From positions 8,496,001 to 8,560,000 of the forward strand of contig CM075996.1 of the NCBI GenBank assembly GCA_038087875.1: a DNA stretch of 64,000 nt, read 5' to 3'. The position numbers and the translations under genes were made by a program. Of the stretch, positions 36,864 through 49,637 are shown piece after piece (the first letter of the stretch is position 1; every line of letters begins with the position of its first letter). Below the pieces are notes generated by a model, which saw nothing but the letters and a program-made list of their open reading frames with translations, was not told where the DNA came from and searched no databases. Source of the DNA: Malacoraja senta (taxonomy: Eukaryota).

Positions 36864-37040
36864 GATTGCCACGAGCGGATCCGCGTCCTCTCCCAGCAGG
36901 CGGCGGCCGTGGTCAAGCAGGAGGGGGGCGACAACGACTTGATGAGCAGGATACGCAGCGACCCCTACTTCAGCCCCATCCACGGGCAGCTGCAGCTGCT
37001 GCTCGAGCCCAGCTCCTTCATCGGCTGTGCCCCACAGCAG
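36864..37040 (+). CDS. ADSL: ADSL exon 12 ([26 protein letters not shown]...[12 protein letters not shown])
   Basis: 177 nt, AG/GT. Confidence 0.96.
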
Positions 37041-37094
37041 GTGAGGGCAGGCAGGCAGCAGGAATCCACAGAGTAAACGCTCACCGTCCGAATA

Positions 37095-37280
37095 ACACAG
37101 CCTGGAGGTCTCACTATAACACAGGGGCCATACAGTAACACAGCCTGGAGGTCTCACCGTAACACAGGGGCCATGCAGTAACACAGCCTGGGGCTCTCAC
37201 TGTGACACTGAAGCCATGCGGTAACGCACAGGCAAGGCCCCCTGCTCTCACTGTCTCACTGGGGCCGCACGGTAACACGT
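37095..37280. repeat. ~43-bp tandem repeat (TAACACAGCCTGGAGGTCTCAC...), 3-4 decaying copies
   Basis: Direct inspection. Confidence 0.75.
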
Positions 37281-38378
37281 GGCGGGCATGGCACAGCACA
37301 ACGTTCTCGCTCTAACACCTGCATACGGCCCTGGTTGTGACACATGGACTCTGGGTGTGACACAGAGGCAGCGCACCACTCTTCATCTTGCATGTGGGCT
37401 TGCTGTGACACAGGCCACAGCTCTCACTGACACGCAGACATGGACCACAGCTCTCGCTCGAGCACGTGTACACCAGCTACGCTCTGACACGCTAGGTAGC
37501 AATATCATTTCAAGAACACCACAGATTTCACATACGGGGCAAGATGCTGAGTCTGCCTGCACTGACCAGACTCCTCCAGCTACCATCTTCACTGCTGTAC
37601 CTGGGGGGCCCTGTCCCCTCTCTCCCTCACCTTCTCTGCCTGTCCTGCCGCTGACTTCAGCAGCATCGTGCCATTCCCGTGGCCAGTCAAGAGGCCGAGG
37701 CTCGTTTATGTTGCTGCATTTGTAAACAAAGAGGCGGAACCATCGACAGATAGAACGTCCTTGAGTTCTTGACGAAACGCAAACCTTGCATATTGTATCA
37801 GCATCGCGCATTATGTACTGAGTCATAAGGTTATCAGTGATAGGAGTAGAATTAGGCCATTCAGCCCATCAAGTCTATTCTGCCATTCAATCATGGATAA
37901 CCTATCTCTCCATCCTAACCCCATTCTCCTGTCTTCTCCCCATAACCTCTGACACCTGTACTAATCAAGAATCTATCTATTTCTGCCTTCAAAAATATCC
38001 ATTGACGGCCTACACAGCCTCCTGTGGCAAAGAATTCCACAGATTCACCACCCTCTGACTAAAGACATTTCTCCTCATCTCCTTCCTAAAGGAACGTCCT
38101 TTTATTCTGAGGCTATGACCTCTAGTCCTAGACTCTCTCACTAGTGGAAACATCCTCTGACTACAGGGAGAACGCGCAGACTCTGCACAGACAGCACCGG
38201 TAGTCAGGATCCAACCTGGGTTCACCACTCCCTGTGATCTCCTTCGTTCCCGGGCGTTCAAGTTGCTGAACCTGGCCGTGAAGCAACCAGTCGATGTGCA
38301 CAACCCCAAGCGACTGAACATCAAAGACTGCCAATAAAATGCGTTGGGATTAACTGAAACTGATTTCTGCCCTGGCAG

Positions 38379-38465
38379 GTTGTCAGATTCCTGGAGCAAG
38401 AGGTTGGGCCGATGCTGGTCCGGTACGCCAGCCAGATGGAGGGAAAGGTGGAACTGGAGCTGTGA
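38379..38465 (+). CDS. ADSL: ADSL exon 13 (VVRFLEQEVGPMLVRYASQMEGKVELEL*)
   Basis: Similar to the vertebrate ADSL C-terminus; TGA stop; total 495 aa if the missing base is restored. Confidence 0.93.
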   Translation, partial: VVRFLEQEVGPMLVRYASQMEGKVELEL

Positions 38466-39984
38466 GAAGCGGCGAAGAACAGTAGTGGTCCCCGCACCTC
38501 GGTGTTGCCGTTCATCCAAGACTTGCGGGGCAAGGCGCGGGTGGGAATCATGCTTTTGATTTGTGTTCTGCTTGACTAGAGAGTGTTAATGTGTACAGGT
38601 TCTCCCAAGGTTACGAGAGCTCACGATACAGAGATCCCACACATAGGAATGAGCGCTGGGGACGGCAAGGTGGATTACAGAAAGATTCTGCTGTGTGGGA
38701 ACTCAGTTCCCGGTAACGTCATTGCATCTTGCAGAGAAATCTTGCTGAGTTAAAACCCCCAGTTTTAACTACACAATGGCCTTGATTTTTGAATATATTA
38801 GAAACAAGGAACTACAGGTGCTGGTTTACCCAAAAAAATGGAGCGAAGTTACTCAGTGAGCCAGGCAGCATCTCTGGAGAACATGGATAGGTGATGTTTC
38901 GGGTTGGGAGAGTGTAAAAGCATCTCAAGCTGAAGCATCATCTATACATGTTCTCCAGAGATGTGTAGGATCTGGAGATTCTGGTTTACACCGAAGATAA
39001 GACACAAAATGCTGGAGTCACTCAGCGGGACAGGCGGCATCCCTGGAGAGAATGGGTGACGTTTCAGGTTGAGACCTTTCATCAGTCTGAGAATTAGGGG
39101 AGAGGGAGTCTAGAGATATTGGAGGGGAATGCTGTGAAAATGACAGATCAAAGCAGAGGATCAAAGAAATGTAAAGGTTCATTGTTGGTTGAGGGGAAGG
39201 TGACAATGAGGCTTCTATGTTTCTATGCCACAGAGGGCAGTGGAGGCCAAGTCACTGGATGGATTTAATAGAGAGTTAGATAGTGCTCTTGTGGAATCAA
39301 GGGATATGGGGAGAAGGCAGGCACGGGCTATTGATTGGGGACGATCAGCCATGATCACAATGAATGGCAGTGCTGGCTCGAAGGGCCGATTGGCCTCCTG
39401 CACCTATTTTCTATGAAGCATACAAACAGTAAAATTAACCTGGAGGACAGTGAAAATGGTTGGAGAAATAGGGTGGGGGAGAGACAGAGAGAGAGAGAGG
39501 GAAAGCAAGGGTTACTTGAAGTTAGAGAATTCTGTCTGACCTGCACTTTGTCTTTTTTCTTAATGGTGGAAACTTGAGTTGTGTACAATTGTCGGGAATG
39601 GAGCCCTGTTGTAACCTGGGAGAACCTGTATCTGTCCACGGCAGGGTGTTGATAATTGGAGGTGATAGACAGGGCCGCTGAAGCTGCAGTGTAACTCGGG
39701 ATAGAAAGCCTCTTGTCAGCCGCAGTCCATGAGGCTGTTTCCCAGTTGGCGTGGAAATGTGATTGAAGAGGCATCTCCTCCAAACCCCACCACCAAGCAC
39801 CGCTCAAAACCACAGGTGACTCCAGTCAGACTAACAGTGGGGGTTCCAGCCTGCAGCATGATCTCTGTGGGAGTTGTACTCTGGCTGCACTTCATGCCCT
39901 TGTGCCAATTTATTCCAGTTGGGAGATCACTGCCCATGCTGGTGCTCAGGGTAGTTCTGTACAGCTGAGAGATTCTGTCTCTTA

Positions 39985-40075
39985 AATAAAGGCCTCTTGG
40001 AATTTTTAATACAGAACAGCTTTGAGTGTTCAATCCTCATTTGAATAACTTGTGAAGAGCCAAAGATTCAATAAA
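39985..40075 (+). terminator. Candidate ADSL poly(A) signals (AATAAA at 39985 and 40070)
   Basis: Hexamers in unique sequence ~1.5 kb after the stop. Confidence 0.45.
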
Positions 40076-40489
40076 ACCTTCTTCATTTCACCTACATAAA
40101 TCCAGCGTTCTCCATCTATGGAATCATAATCATTCTTTATTAGCCAAGTATGTTTTGCAACACGCAGGTCACAGGGGAAACGTACAAAGACCATACAGAC
40201 AGCACCCATAGTCAGAATCGAACATGGGTCTCTGGCGTTGTAAGACAACAATTCTACCGCTGTGTTGGATCTTAGGGAATTAATAATCAGAAACGAGGCG
40301 ATGGTAGATGAGTAGAAAGTATCTTGCATCAATCTTCACCGCAGCGGATACAAGTAGAATAGAAATAAATACAATAAAGAATGCAGATGTCAGCAATCTG
40401 AAATAAAACAGAAAAGCTTAGTAAAGTCAGGCATAATCTGTAGAAAGAAAAATGGTTAATGTTTCATGTCAAAGCCCTTTCATCATAAC

Positions 40490-40584
40490 CAGTGGCGGAC
40501 TGGCCAGGGTGTCAGCTTGCCAGATGGCAAGTGGGCCCCCTTTGTCTCCTGGCAACCAATATTTTTAGACCCAGTCCGCCACTG
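40490..40584. mobile_element. 95-bp hAT MITE
   Basis: 14-bp perfect TIR CAGTGGCGGACTGG and perfect 8-bp TSD ATCATAAC. Confidence 0.9.
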
Positions 40585-41207
40585 ATCATAACAGAGAGAA
40601 AACTAGGTCACAGAGAAGGTAGGAGAATGTAATGGGTGGGACAATGTCTATGACAGTGAAATGGCGGCGTATTAAGGGGCAGTTAAACTCTGTAATATTG
40701 GGTCAGGTAGGTGAACCATGGAAATAGCAGGTGTATACTCAGTACCCACTCAGTATGTCAGCCAAGGTAAGAGTGTTTTATTATCATATATCCTGAAAGG
40801 GAAAAAAAGAAATTCTTGGTTGCAGCAGCACAGCAGGTATGTAAACATAGTACTCTAGATGTTTGCTGATGAAGGTGGTTAGAACTGTTAGGGAGGCGGA
40901 GGTATGTGGCGGGTCACGGGGACCTGCATGAAGGCTCTAGACTCTTTCGAAGATCGTCCTTCAGCCTGAAGAGGGTCTCGACCCGAAACGTCACCCATTC
41001 CTTCTCTCCGGGGATGCTGCCTGTCACGCCAGGTTTAGTTTAGTTTAGAGATCGAGCGCGGAAACAGGCCCTTCGGCCCATCGAGCCCGCGCCGAGCAGC
41101 GATCCTGCACACATACAAGGGGAAATGTACAAATTTACCAAACCGATTAACATACAAACCTGTACGCCTTTGGAGTGTGGGAGGAAACCAGAGAAACTTC
41201 AGCATTT

Positions 41208-41245
<38 letters not shown>

Positions 41246-41252
41246 GATATAT

Positions 41253-41289
<37 letters not shown>

Positions 41290-41342
41290 ATATATATATA
41301 TATACATGTGTGTGTGTGTGTATATGTATATATACACACACT
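41208..41342. repeat. Compound (GT)n/(AT)n/(AC)n microsatellite
   Basis: Direct inspection. Confidence 0.95.
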
Positions 41343-41799
41343 GTAGAAGGGTCTCGACCGGAAACGTCGCCCATTCCTTCTCTCCTGAGATGCTGCCTGT
41401 GCCGCTGAGTTATTCCAGCTTTTAAGGTGCATATGTAATATGCACACACTGAATTATGTTTCTTTCCTCTTTTATTATTATTAAATATACAGAGTACAAT
41501 GTTTACATATTCTGGTTTGCTGCTGCAAGTAAGAATGTCATTGTTCTGTCTGGGACAATACGACCATAACGCCGCCAGCCCTCGCTGTTACGAGTTCAAC
41601 TTGGAGAAAAGTTCCTCAACTGAGTCTGAACTGAGTTCTGAGTTCCTTCAAATGGGTCTGAAGAAAGTTTCCAAAAGACGCCTGTCCCCTCCCCAGTTGC
41701 TGCTTGCTGCTTGCTGCCTGACCCGCTGAGTTCGCCAGTAAACTGAGTTTAGCTGGAGTTTCTAGTCCCTGTGAATCCAAAACTTGTATCTAAATTTTG

Positions 41800-42080
41800 C
41801 TCCCCTCGCTTCTTCACACGTGGGTCCCTGGCGGCTGCGCGTGGAGCGGTGACCGGAGCTACTGCCAGTACTAAAGATGGCGGCGACCCCCTCAGACCGT
41901 CGCATGCTGGCAGGCGGCGAATCGCTGACCCTCGCGCCCGACCGCTTCCGGGTCGCCGGGCCGGAAGAGGACGTGAACGGACAATTTGCCACGTAGGTGA
42001 CGTCATCTAAAACAACATTGGAACTACATCTGGGAAAGAAGGTGAACATAAACCGGGCCCGAGGGCCGGGGGAGACGGGG
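41800..42080 (+). promoter_or_regulatory. CpG-island promoter and probable non-coding first exon of PICK1
   Basis: E-box CACGTG 41817, YY1 AAGATGGCGGC 41874, ETS CTTCCGG/CCGGAAG 41945/41961, CRE TGACGTCA 41998; the only motif-rich CpG island I found between ADSL and the PICK1 ATG exon. Confidence 0.7.
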
Positions 42081-42094
42081 TGGGATGGCCACCT

Positions 42095-42665
42095 ACCTGG
42101 GCGCTGGCATCCAGGGGTTGGGATCCAGGGGTTGCCATCCAGGGTCTGAGTTCCGGGCGGTTAGGATCCAGTGGTCAAGATACAAGGGCTGGGTTCCAGG
42201 GGTTGGGATCCAGGGACTGGGATCGTGTGGATCCGATCCAATGGTTGGGATCCAGTAGTTGACATCCACTGGTTGGGATCCAGGAGATGGGAATAGTGGT
42301 TGTGATCCATGAGAGTTGAGGTCCAGGGGCTGGAATTCCAGTGGTTCAGACCCAATGGTTGGGATTCAAGGGTCGGGATCCATGAGAGTTGATTGTCCAA
42401 TGCCTGGGATCCAGTGGTTGGGATCCAGGGTTTAATATCCAGCGGTTGAGATTCAAGGGTTGGTATCCAATGGGAGTTGAGATCCATTGGAGTTGAGATC
42501 CACTGGGATGGGATCCATGAGTTGACACCCAGGGGTTGGGATCCAGTGTTGGGGTCCATAGAGTGGAATACAAGTGCCGGGATCCAGGCGTTCGGGTCCA
42601 AAGTCTGGAGTCCAGTAGTTGGCATCCACAGTCTGTTCCAGTGGTTTGGGATCAAAGGGCTGGGA
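42095..42665. repeat. Degenerate GGTTGGGATCCAG minisatellite directly 3' of the PICK1 promoter
   Basis: Many GGATCC-containing units. Confidence 0.85.
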
Positions 42666-45600
42666 TACAGTTTTTTTTTAAATCCATGGTCTGTTACTGG
42701 ACACAGAGATGATGGATTGTGGCAGAATGTTTGGCACCAGAGTTATTGGGTTCTTTGAATGGACAAATTGTCAGTTAAAAAGTTTAGGCTTCTGGTCTGG
42801 TTTGGGATCAGTATAGATAGGGATTGAGATCTTTGTAAATAAAGTTGGCTTCCAAAGGGAGAAATTGTGTGAATAAAGAGGGTAGGGATGTGTGCCCTCA
42901 GAGATGTGCTTTGGATATGAAACGGGCAAGATTGGAAGAAAATGTCTCGGGATGTAGGAGCAGGTTAGGATTGTTGGGGAGAGAGAGTAGGATACAGTGA
43001 ATGGGATATCAAGAAAAGGTCAACAATTATTGCATGTGAGTGTAGGAAGGAACTGCAGATTATGGTTTATATTGAAGATAGACATTAAAATGCTGGAGTA
43101 ACTCAGTGGGTCAGGCAGCATCTCTGAAGAAAAGGAATAGGTGACGTTTCGGAATTTACATTTCAGACTGAAGAAGGGTTCTGACCTGAAATGTCACCTA
43201 TTCTTGTTCTCCAGAGATGCTGCCCGACCCGCTGAGTTACTCCAGCATTTTGTGTCTATTGCAATTGAGTGGGTATATTATTCTAATATGTATTTGGATT
43301 GAGTTAGTATCTTGTATTTGTGCCTGTAAATAAAAACCAAGCATCTTTAGGAAGGGCCCCGACCCAAAACATTGCCTGTCCATTTACCTCCAAAGAGGCT
43401 GCCTGACCCGCTGAGTTCCTCCAGCAGTTGGTCTTGTAGTGTTTTGCTGAAGATTCCAGCATTTGTAGTCTTGTGCTCCCTTTTTGTTAACAGCCTGTCC
43501 TCCCATAGTGAGGTATCTGGCAGAGGTGCTGCCTCACAACTCCAGAGAGCCAGAGGTTCGATCCTATCCTCGGGTGTTGCCTGCGTGGAGTGTGTATATT
43601 CTTGCTGTGATTTCGACTTTCCTTTCCACATGCCAATAACCTGTGAATTTGGTCACTGTAAATTGGTCACTAGTATGAAGGTGATGGCAGAATCTGAGGA
43701 AAGGCAATGGCAATATGTGGAGAATAAAATGGGATTAGTACCGGATTAATATAAATGCATACTCGATGGCCAGCTGGTTTCCATGCTGTGTGACTCCATG
43801 CCTCTCTGTGTAGTTTTGTTTCCGGTCACTATTTTTTGAATCCCGACTTGCAATACGTTTTGCAGCTTTCTTGCTTCTGTGAGTAAAGGCATGTCTCCGT
43901 GTGGAGGATTACACAGAGCTGTGTGCTCGATGGTCAGCATGGATTTGGTGGGCGGAAGGGGCTTTTGCTGTGTTATGATTATGAAAAAGACACCAAATGC
44001 TGGAGTAACTCAGCATCTCTGGAGTACACGGATAGGTGCCATTTTGGATCAAGACCCTTCTTCAGACTGAAGAAAGATCTCGACCCGAAATGTCAGCTAT
44101 CCATGTTTTCTAGAGATGCTGTCTGAGCTGCTGAGTTACTCCAGCACATTGTGTCCTATTGTGTATTAACCAGCATCTGCGGTTCTTTGTTTCTATGCTC
44201 TGATTCTGGCATCAGCTGAGGCCATTTGTGGTTTCTTCATCTGCATTCTGTCAGCGTGTGAACATGCTGGTGGTTTCCACACCAACACTAATGATGCCTA
44301 TTATCCCCTCCCACCTCCCCTGCATTGCCACCAAGGTGTTGACGTAACTTGCAGTGTTGATCAGCAGAAGCATCCTCCACCAAACATTAGCCAGTGTCTC
44401 CATGCCACAGACTCTGACCCCCTTGGTGTGATCCCGTGAAGACCTCCCCCCCCCCACCGTGGATGAACCAAGTCTGTCTGCTGCGTGTCTCACCCTGACA
44501 CGCACCCCGACCTCCATTAGTCATAGTAGCAGGATTAGGCCATTCGGCCCATCGAGTCTACTCCACCATTCAATCATGGCTGATCTATCTTTTCTTCTTA
44601 ATCCCATTCCCATGCCTTCTTCCCATAAACCCTGACACCCTTACTAATTAAGAACCCGCTTTAAACATACCCACGACACCTCGACACCAGTGTTCACCTC
44701 TGAGGGAATGTCTGTCCCTGTCTTGTGCTTGAATCATTTGTGCCTAAACCCTTCGGCCACACTGTCTGTGCCGAACATGATTCCAAGTTAAACTAATCTC
44801 ATCTGCCTGTACATGATCCATATCCCTCTATTCCTGCATTTCGACATGCAAAGCTTCTTAAACTCCACTGTCATATCTGCCTCCACCACCACACCTGGCA
44901 GCATGTTCCAGGTAACAACCACCCTCTGTGTAAAAATACTTGCCCCCCACACCCACTTTAAACTTTGTCTCTCTCACCCGACAGCTATGCCCTCTAGTCT
45001 TTCACATTTTCACCCTGGGGAAAAAGGTTCTGATTGTCTACCCTATCTACGGCTCTCATAACAGTGATGCAGTGGGTCGAGCTGCTGCCTCACAGCACCT
45101 TATACTCGGTTCGATCCTGACCTCGGGTGCTGACCGCGTGGAGTTTTTACGTTCTCCCCATGACCGCGTGGGTTTCCTTCCAGTTGCTCCAGTTTCCTCC
45201 CACATCCCAAAGTTGTGCGGTTTGTCGATGAATTGGCCTCTGAATTGCCCCTAGTGTGTAGGGAGTGGATGTGGAAGTGGGATAACATAGAATTAGTGTG
45301 AATGGGTGATCGCTGGTCACCGTGGGCCGAAGGGCCTGTTTCCATGCTGTATCTTTTAATCAATCAAATCAAACTTATAATTTATCAGGACAACTCTTCC
45401 ACTCCTCTCCCTGGCACCCAGCTTCTTTCAGACCTAGTTTAGAGATACAGCGCGGAAACTGGCCCTTTGGCCTATTGAGTCCGTGCTGACCAGCGATCCC
45501 CATACACCAGCACTATCCTACACACTAGAGACAATTTACAATTTTTTTTACCAAAGCCAATTAACCTACAAACCTGTACGTCTTTGGAACGTGGGAGAAA

Positions 45601-45729
45601 AACTGGAGCACCCGGAGAAAACCCACGCGGTCATGGGGAGAACATACAAACTTCGTACAGGCAGCTCCCATAGTCAGGATCGAACTTGGGTCTCTGGCGG
45701 TGTAAGGCAGCAACCCTACCGCTGTATAA

Positions 45730-46095
45730 GGGTTTGGTCATGCTAGAGGCAAGAAACATGCTCCCGATGTTGGGGGTGTCCAGAACCAGGGGCCACAGTT
45801 TAAGAATAAGGGGTAAGCCATTTAGAACGGAGACGAGGAAACACTTTTTCTCACAGAGAGTTGTGAGTCTGTGGAATTCTCTGCCTCAGAGGGCGGTGGA
45901 GGCCGGTTCTCTGGATACTTTCAAGAGAGAGCTAGATAGGGCTCTTAAAGATAGCGGAGTCAGGATATGGGGAGAAGGCAGGAACGGGGTACTGATTGGG
46001 GATGATCAGCCATGATCACATTGAATGGCGGTGCTGGCTCTGGTTGGCCTACGAATGGCCTACTCCTGCACCTATTGTCTATTGTCTATTGTCTA
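45730..46095 (+). mobile_element. CR1 LINE 3' end with (ATTGTCT)n tail
   Basis: SRTRGHSLRIRG...FFSQRVVSLWNSLP. Confidence 0.85.
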
Positions 46096-47264
46096 TTGCT
46101 GCTCCATGCTGCCGCCCAGTCATTCATAAGCACTTGCTGTTGAGTATCCCAACATTTCACTGTCATTCTGCTCCTCACTGGCTATTTGCGTCTGGATCTC
46201 TAAATCCAGGCCCATCATTTTTTTCTCCCAGTCCTTTCATGCTGTCGCCTTTGACCAGCTCTGTGACCTCCCCCAGTGCTGCGTCTCTCTGATTGCTAGT
46301 CTCCAAACCAGTACATTCTCAGTTTTAATCCTTGTCTTCCAGAGATGCCGCTGAGTTACTGCAACACCCTGTGTTCTACTCGGTTTAATCACTCAAACAA
46401 AGGCAGGCCCACGCTCAGCCTCCCAGGCCCTGATCTTTGAATTTCTATTCAAAACCTCCCTGAAACTTCTCCTCGACAAGTTTATTAAAGACCAGGGTCT
46501 ATAGCTTTAAGATGATAGGGGAAAAGTTTACAGGAGATGTGCGGGGCACGTTTTTTTTTAACACAGATGGTGGTGGTTGCATGGAACGCCCTGCCGTGGT
46601 GGTGGCAGGAGCAACAGGATGGCAGGATGTTCCTTTGGGAAGGAGGTGAGGAGGAATTTCTTTAATCAGAGGGTGGTGAATCTGTGGAATTCTTTGCCAC
46701 AGAAGGCTGCGGAGGCCAAATCAGTGGATATTTTTAAGGCAGAGATAGATAGATCTTGATTAGTACGGGTATCACGTTATGGGGAGAAGGCAGGAGAATG
46801 GGGTTAGGAGGGAGAGATAGATCAGCCATGATAGAATGGCTGATGGGCAGAATGACCTAATTCTACTCCTATCACCTTATGATAGTGGCATTTAAGTGGC
46901 TTTTTAGATAGGCACATTGATATGCAGGGAATGGAGGGATATGGATTCCATGCATGCAGAGGAGAATAGTTTAACTTGGACATCATTGTCAAAGGGCCTG
47001 TGTTGTAATCTTTTATGCTGAATGAGATTTTGGTCACCGGCTGAGGTACTCCATTAAGTAGACACAAGGAACTGCAGATGCTGGTTTACCACAAAAAAAA
47101 ACACAAAAATGCTGGAGTAACTCAGCGTGTCAGGCAGCATCTCTGGAGAAAATGGATATGTGATATTTAAGGTCAGGACCGTTCTTCAGACTTTTAGAAG
47201 GGTCCCAAACTGAAAAGTCACCTATCCCTGTTCTCCAGCGATGCTACCGGACCGGTTGAATTAG

Positions 47265-47705
47265 ACGATAGACAATAAAGAATATGTGCAGGAGTAGGCC
47301 ATTCGGCCCTTCGAGCCAGCACCGCCATTCAATGTGATCATGGCTGATCATCCCCAATCAGTACCCCGTCCCTGCCTTCTCCCCATATCCCCTGACTCCG
47401 CTATTTTTAAGAGCCCTATCTAGCTCTCTCTTGAAAGTATCCATAGAACCAGCCTCCACCGCCCTCTGAGGCAGAGAATTCCACAGACTCACCACTCTCT
47501 GTGAGAAAAAGTGTTTCCTCGTCTCCGTTCTAAATAAATTACTCCTTATTCTTAAACTGTGGCCCCTGGTTCTGGACTCCCCCAACATCGGGAACATGTT
47601 TCCTGCCTCTAGCGTGTCTAAACCCTTAGCAATCTTATATGTTTCAATAAGATACCCTCTCATCCTTCTAAACTCCAGAGTATACAAGCCCAGCTGCTCC
47701 ATTAC
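47265..47705 (-). mobile_element. CR1 LINE 3' end
   Basis: LGLYTLEFRRMRGYLIETYKI...WNSLPQ. Confidence 0.88.
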
Positions 47706-47924
47706 TCCAGATACTTTGTGTTTTTCACTCATTAATTAGCTCAGTATCAGCTATTGGTGTCTAATGTTCTTAAGAAACACGCAGGGATAATTTACTGTCA
47801 TTTGGGTGCTATATGAATGCAGTTATTGCCAGTGAGCAGGTATGGCAAAAAGTATCAATAATAAAACTGCTCAATATATCCTCTGCAGTGACCGGAAACA
47901 GCAGGAGGTTGAGAGGAAGTTATC

Positions 47925-47965
47925 ATGTACGGCGACATGGATTTTGAAATTGAAGAAGATAAATT
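47925..47965 (+). CDS. PICK1: PICK1 first coding exon (MYGDMDFEIEEDKL); exon begins at 47889 with 5' UTR
   Basis: Matches MFADLDYDIEEDKL; acceptor ctgcag at 47888, donor GTGAGT. Confidence 0.93.
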
Positions 47966-48033
47966 GTGAGTAATCATCACTTAAAGTGAACCAGGGACTT
48001 TTCTAACTGTTTGCTGGTGGTTTGTGTGCAATT

Positions 48034-48048
48034 CCACCAGGTGGCGCT
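48034..48048 (+). promoter_or_regulatory. Consensus CTCF motif CCACCAGGTGGCGCT in a PICK1 intron
   Basis: Matches the canonical CTCF core; occupancy unknown. Confidence 0.5.
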
Positions 48049-49199
48049 TCGATGGCAGCCTCGCCTACAGTCTGTCTGCCTTTTTTGTTATTTTTAGTGT
48101 GTTTTTAAAGTATGTGTTAATGTTCTCTGGTTTGTTTTATGTTGTGGGTGGGTGAGCAGGGGGGGGTCAGGGGAAACTTTTTTTCAATCTCTTACCCTGC
48201 CGGAGATGCGATTGTTTTCCGGATCGTATCTCCGGTCGCTCTGCGGCCTACCATCACGGAGCTGGCGGCATCGCTCGGGACTGACTTTGAGCCCCACCGC
48301 GGGGGGCGTGGACATACCAATATGAGCCGATCCCTTCGCGGCCTGCGGACTTTAACATTAAGGAGCTCGCAGTCTCGGGTTGAGACCGGCGTGAAAAGTT
48401 TTGGAAGCTCCAAAACCGCATGACGTTCGACTAGCCCCGACCCGGGGTAGATCGTCCGGCGCGGGGGAGCTGAGATTCCGCGCCTCCCCCCCCCCCCGAT
48501 GCAGGAGCTTGATCGCCCCAAGGAGGAGGCCCGCCACCGGTTATGGGAGTAAGATAGTCCCGTCAATGGAAGGCTCGAGGCACCCGACCGCTGGAGGACA
48601 AAGGAGGGAGAGATTTAAATTGTTTTCGCCTTCCATCACAGTGAGGAATGGGGAGGAGTATAGGTATGGCAATACGGGACTGTTTGTAAGAAAGGAATTT
48701 CACTGTTTGCAATTTGCACATGTGACAATAAAAGCATCATTGAACCACTGAAGTCATCCATTGATTGGAGTGGATGAGGATGGGGGTGGGGGGGGAGGGG
48801 AATCACCCATTGATTCGAGTAGGTAGGGGTGGGGGTGGGGTGTCACCCACTGATTCCAGGGGAATCATTTCACAGTTGTGGTGCAGCGTAGAGTTGCTGC
48901 CTCACATTGCCAATGACTCGGGTTCGATCTTGACCACAGGTGCTGTCTGTATGGAGTTTGCACGTTCTCTCTGTGACCACGTGGGTTTTCTTCAGGTGCT
49001 CTGGTTTCCTCCCACACTCCAAAGACGTGCATGCTTGTAGGTTAATTGGCTTTGGTAAAAGATTATAAATGGTCCCAAGTGTGTCGGATAGTGCGAGTGT
49101 ATGGATGACCGCTGGTTGGCGTGGACTCGGTGGGCCGAAGGGCCTGTTTATGCTCTGCCTCTCTAAAGTCAAAAGTCTAAAGACCCGTGAATTGATGCT

Positions 49200-49470
49200 T
49201 TATGGGACATGTTGAAAATTCATCGGTGACCATAACAAGATACGACTCTTTGGGCAACTACTCACGACCATGCAGGCTTCACCCCGCAACATGTCACCAG
49301 GGTGTCGACTGTATGGTCGTGAGTAGTCTCCTCAGTCGCCCAAAGAGTCGTAGCGTCTTTCTGGTCACCGCTGGATTTTCAACATGTTGAACATTTTCGC
49401 CGACCTGCAACAACCTATGGCGTGTGCCGGCAGTCGCCGAAAAAGTCGCGTAAGTGGGACAGGCCCATAA
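49200..49470. mobile_element. PIF/Harbinger-like MITE remnant
   Basis: Right end AAGTGGGACAGGCCCA-TAA; internal inverted ACATGTTGAAAAT/ATTTTCAACATGT; left TIR partly deleted. Confidence 0.5.
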
Positions 49471-49525
49471 GTATTTCAAAAGTAAAGCAAACATATGTCA
49501 AGTTTTAACTTTGTCTTTTGCTCAG

Positions 49526-49637
49526 GGGCATTCCAACCGTGCCTGGGACGGTGACACTGAAAAAGGATTCCCAGAATTTAATTGGAATCAGTATTGGAGG
49601 AGGTGCGCAGTACTGTCCCTGTCTGTACATCGTGCAG
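49526..49637 (+). CDS. PICK1: PICK1 PDZ exon (GIPTVPGTVTLKKDSQNLIGISIGGGAQYCPCLYIVQ)
   Basis: LIGISIGGG and CPC motifs; 112 nt. Confidence 0.97.

Noticed and set aside
38240..38325. Two small hairpins followed by ACA, suggesting an H/ACA snoRNA
   Set aside because: No ANANNA box in the hinge, and the hairpins are too short
48045..48650. CpG-rich segment in a PICK1 intron as an alternative promoter or gene
   Set aside because: No recognisable protein or splice pattern; looks like an unclassified interspersed repeat, which I cannot confirm without a search
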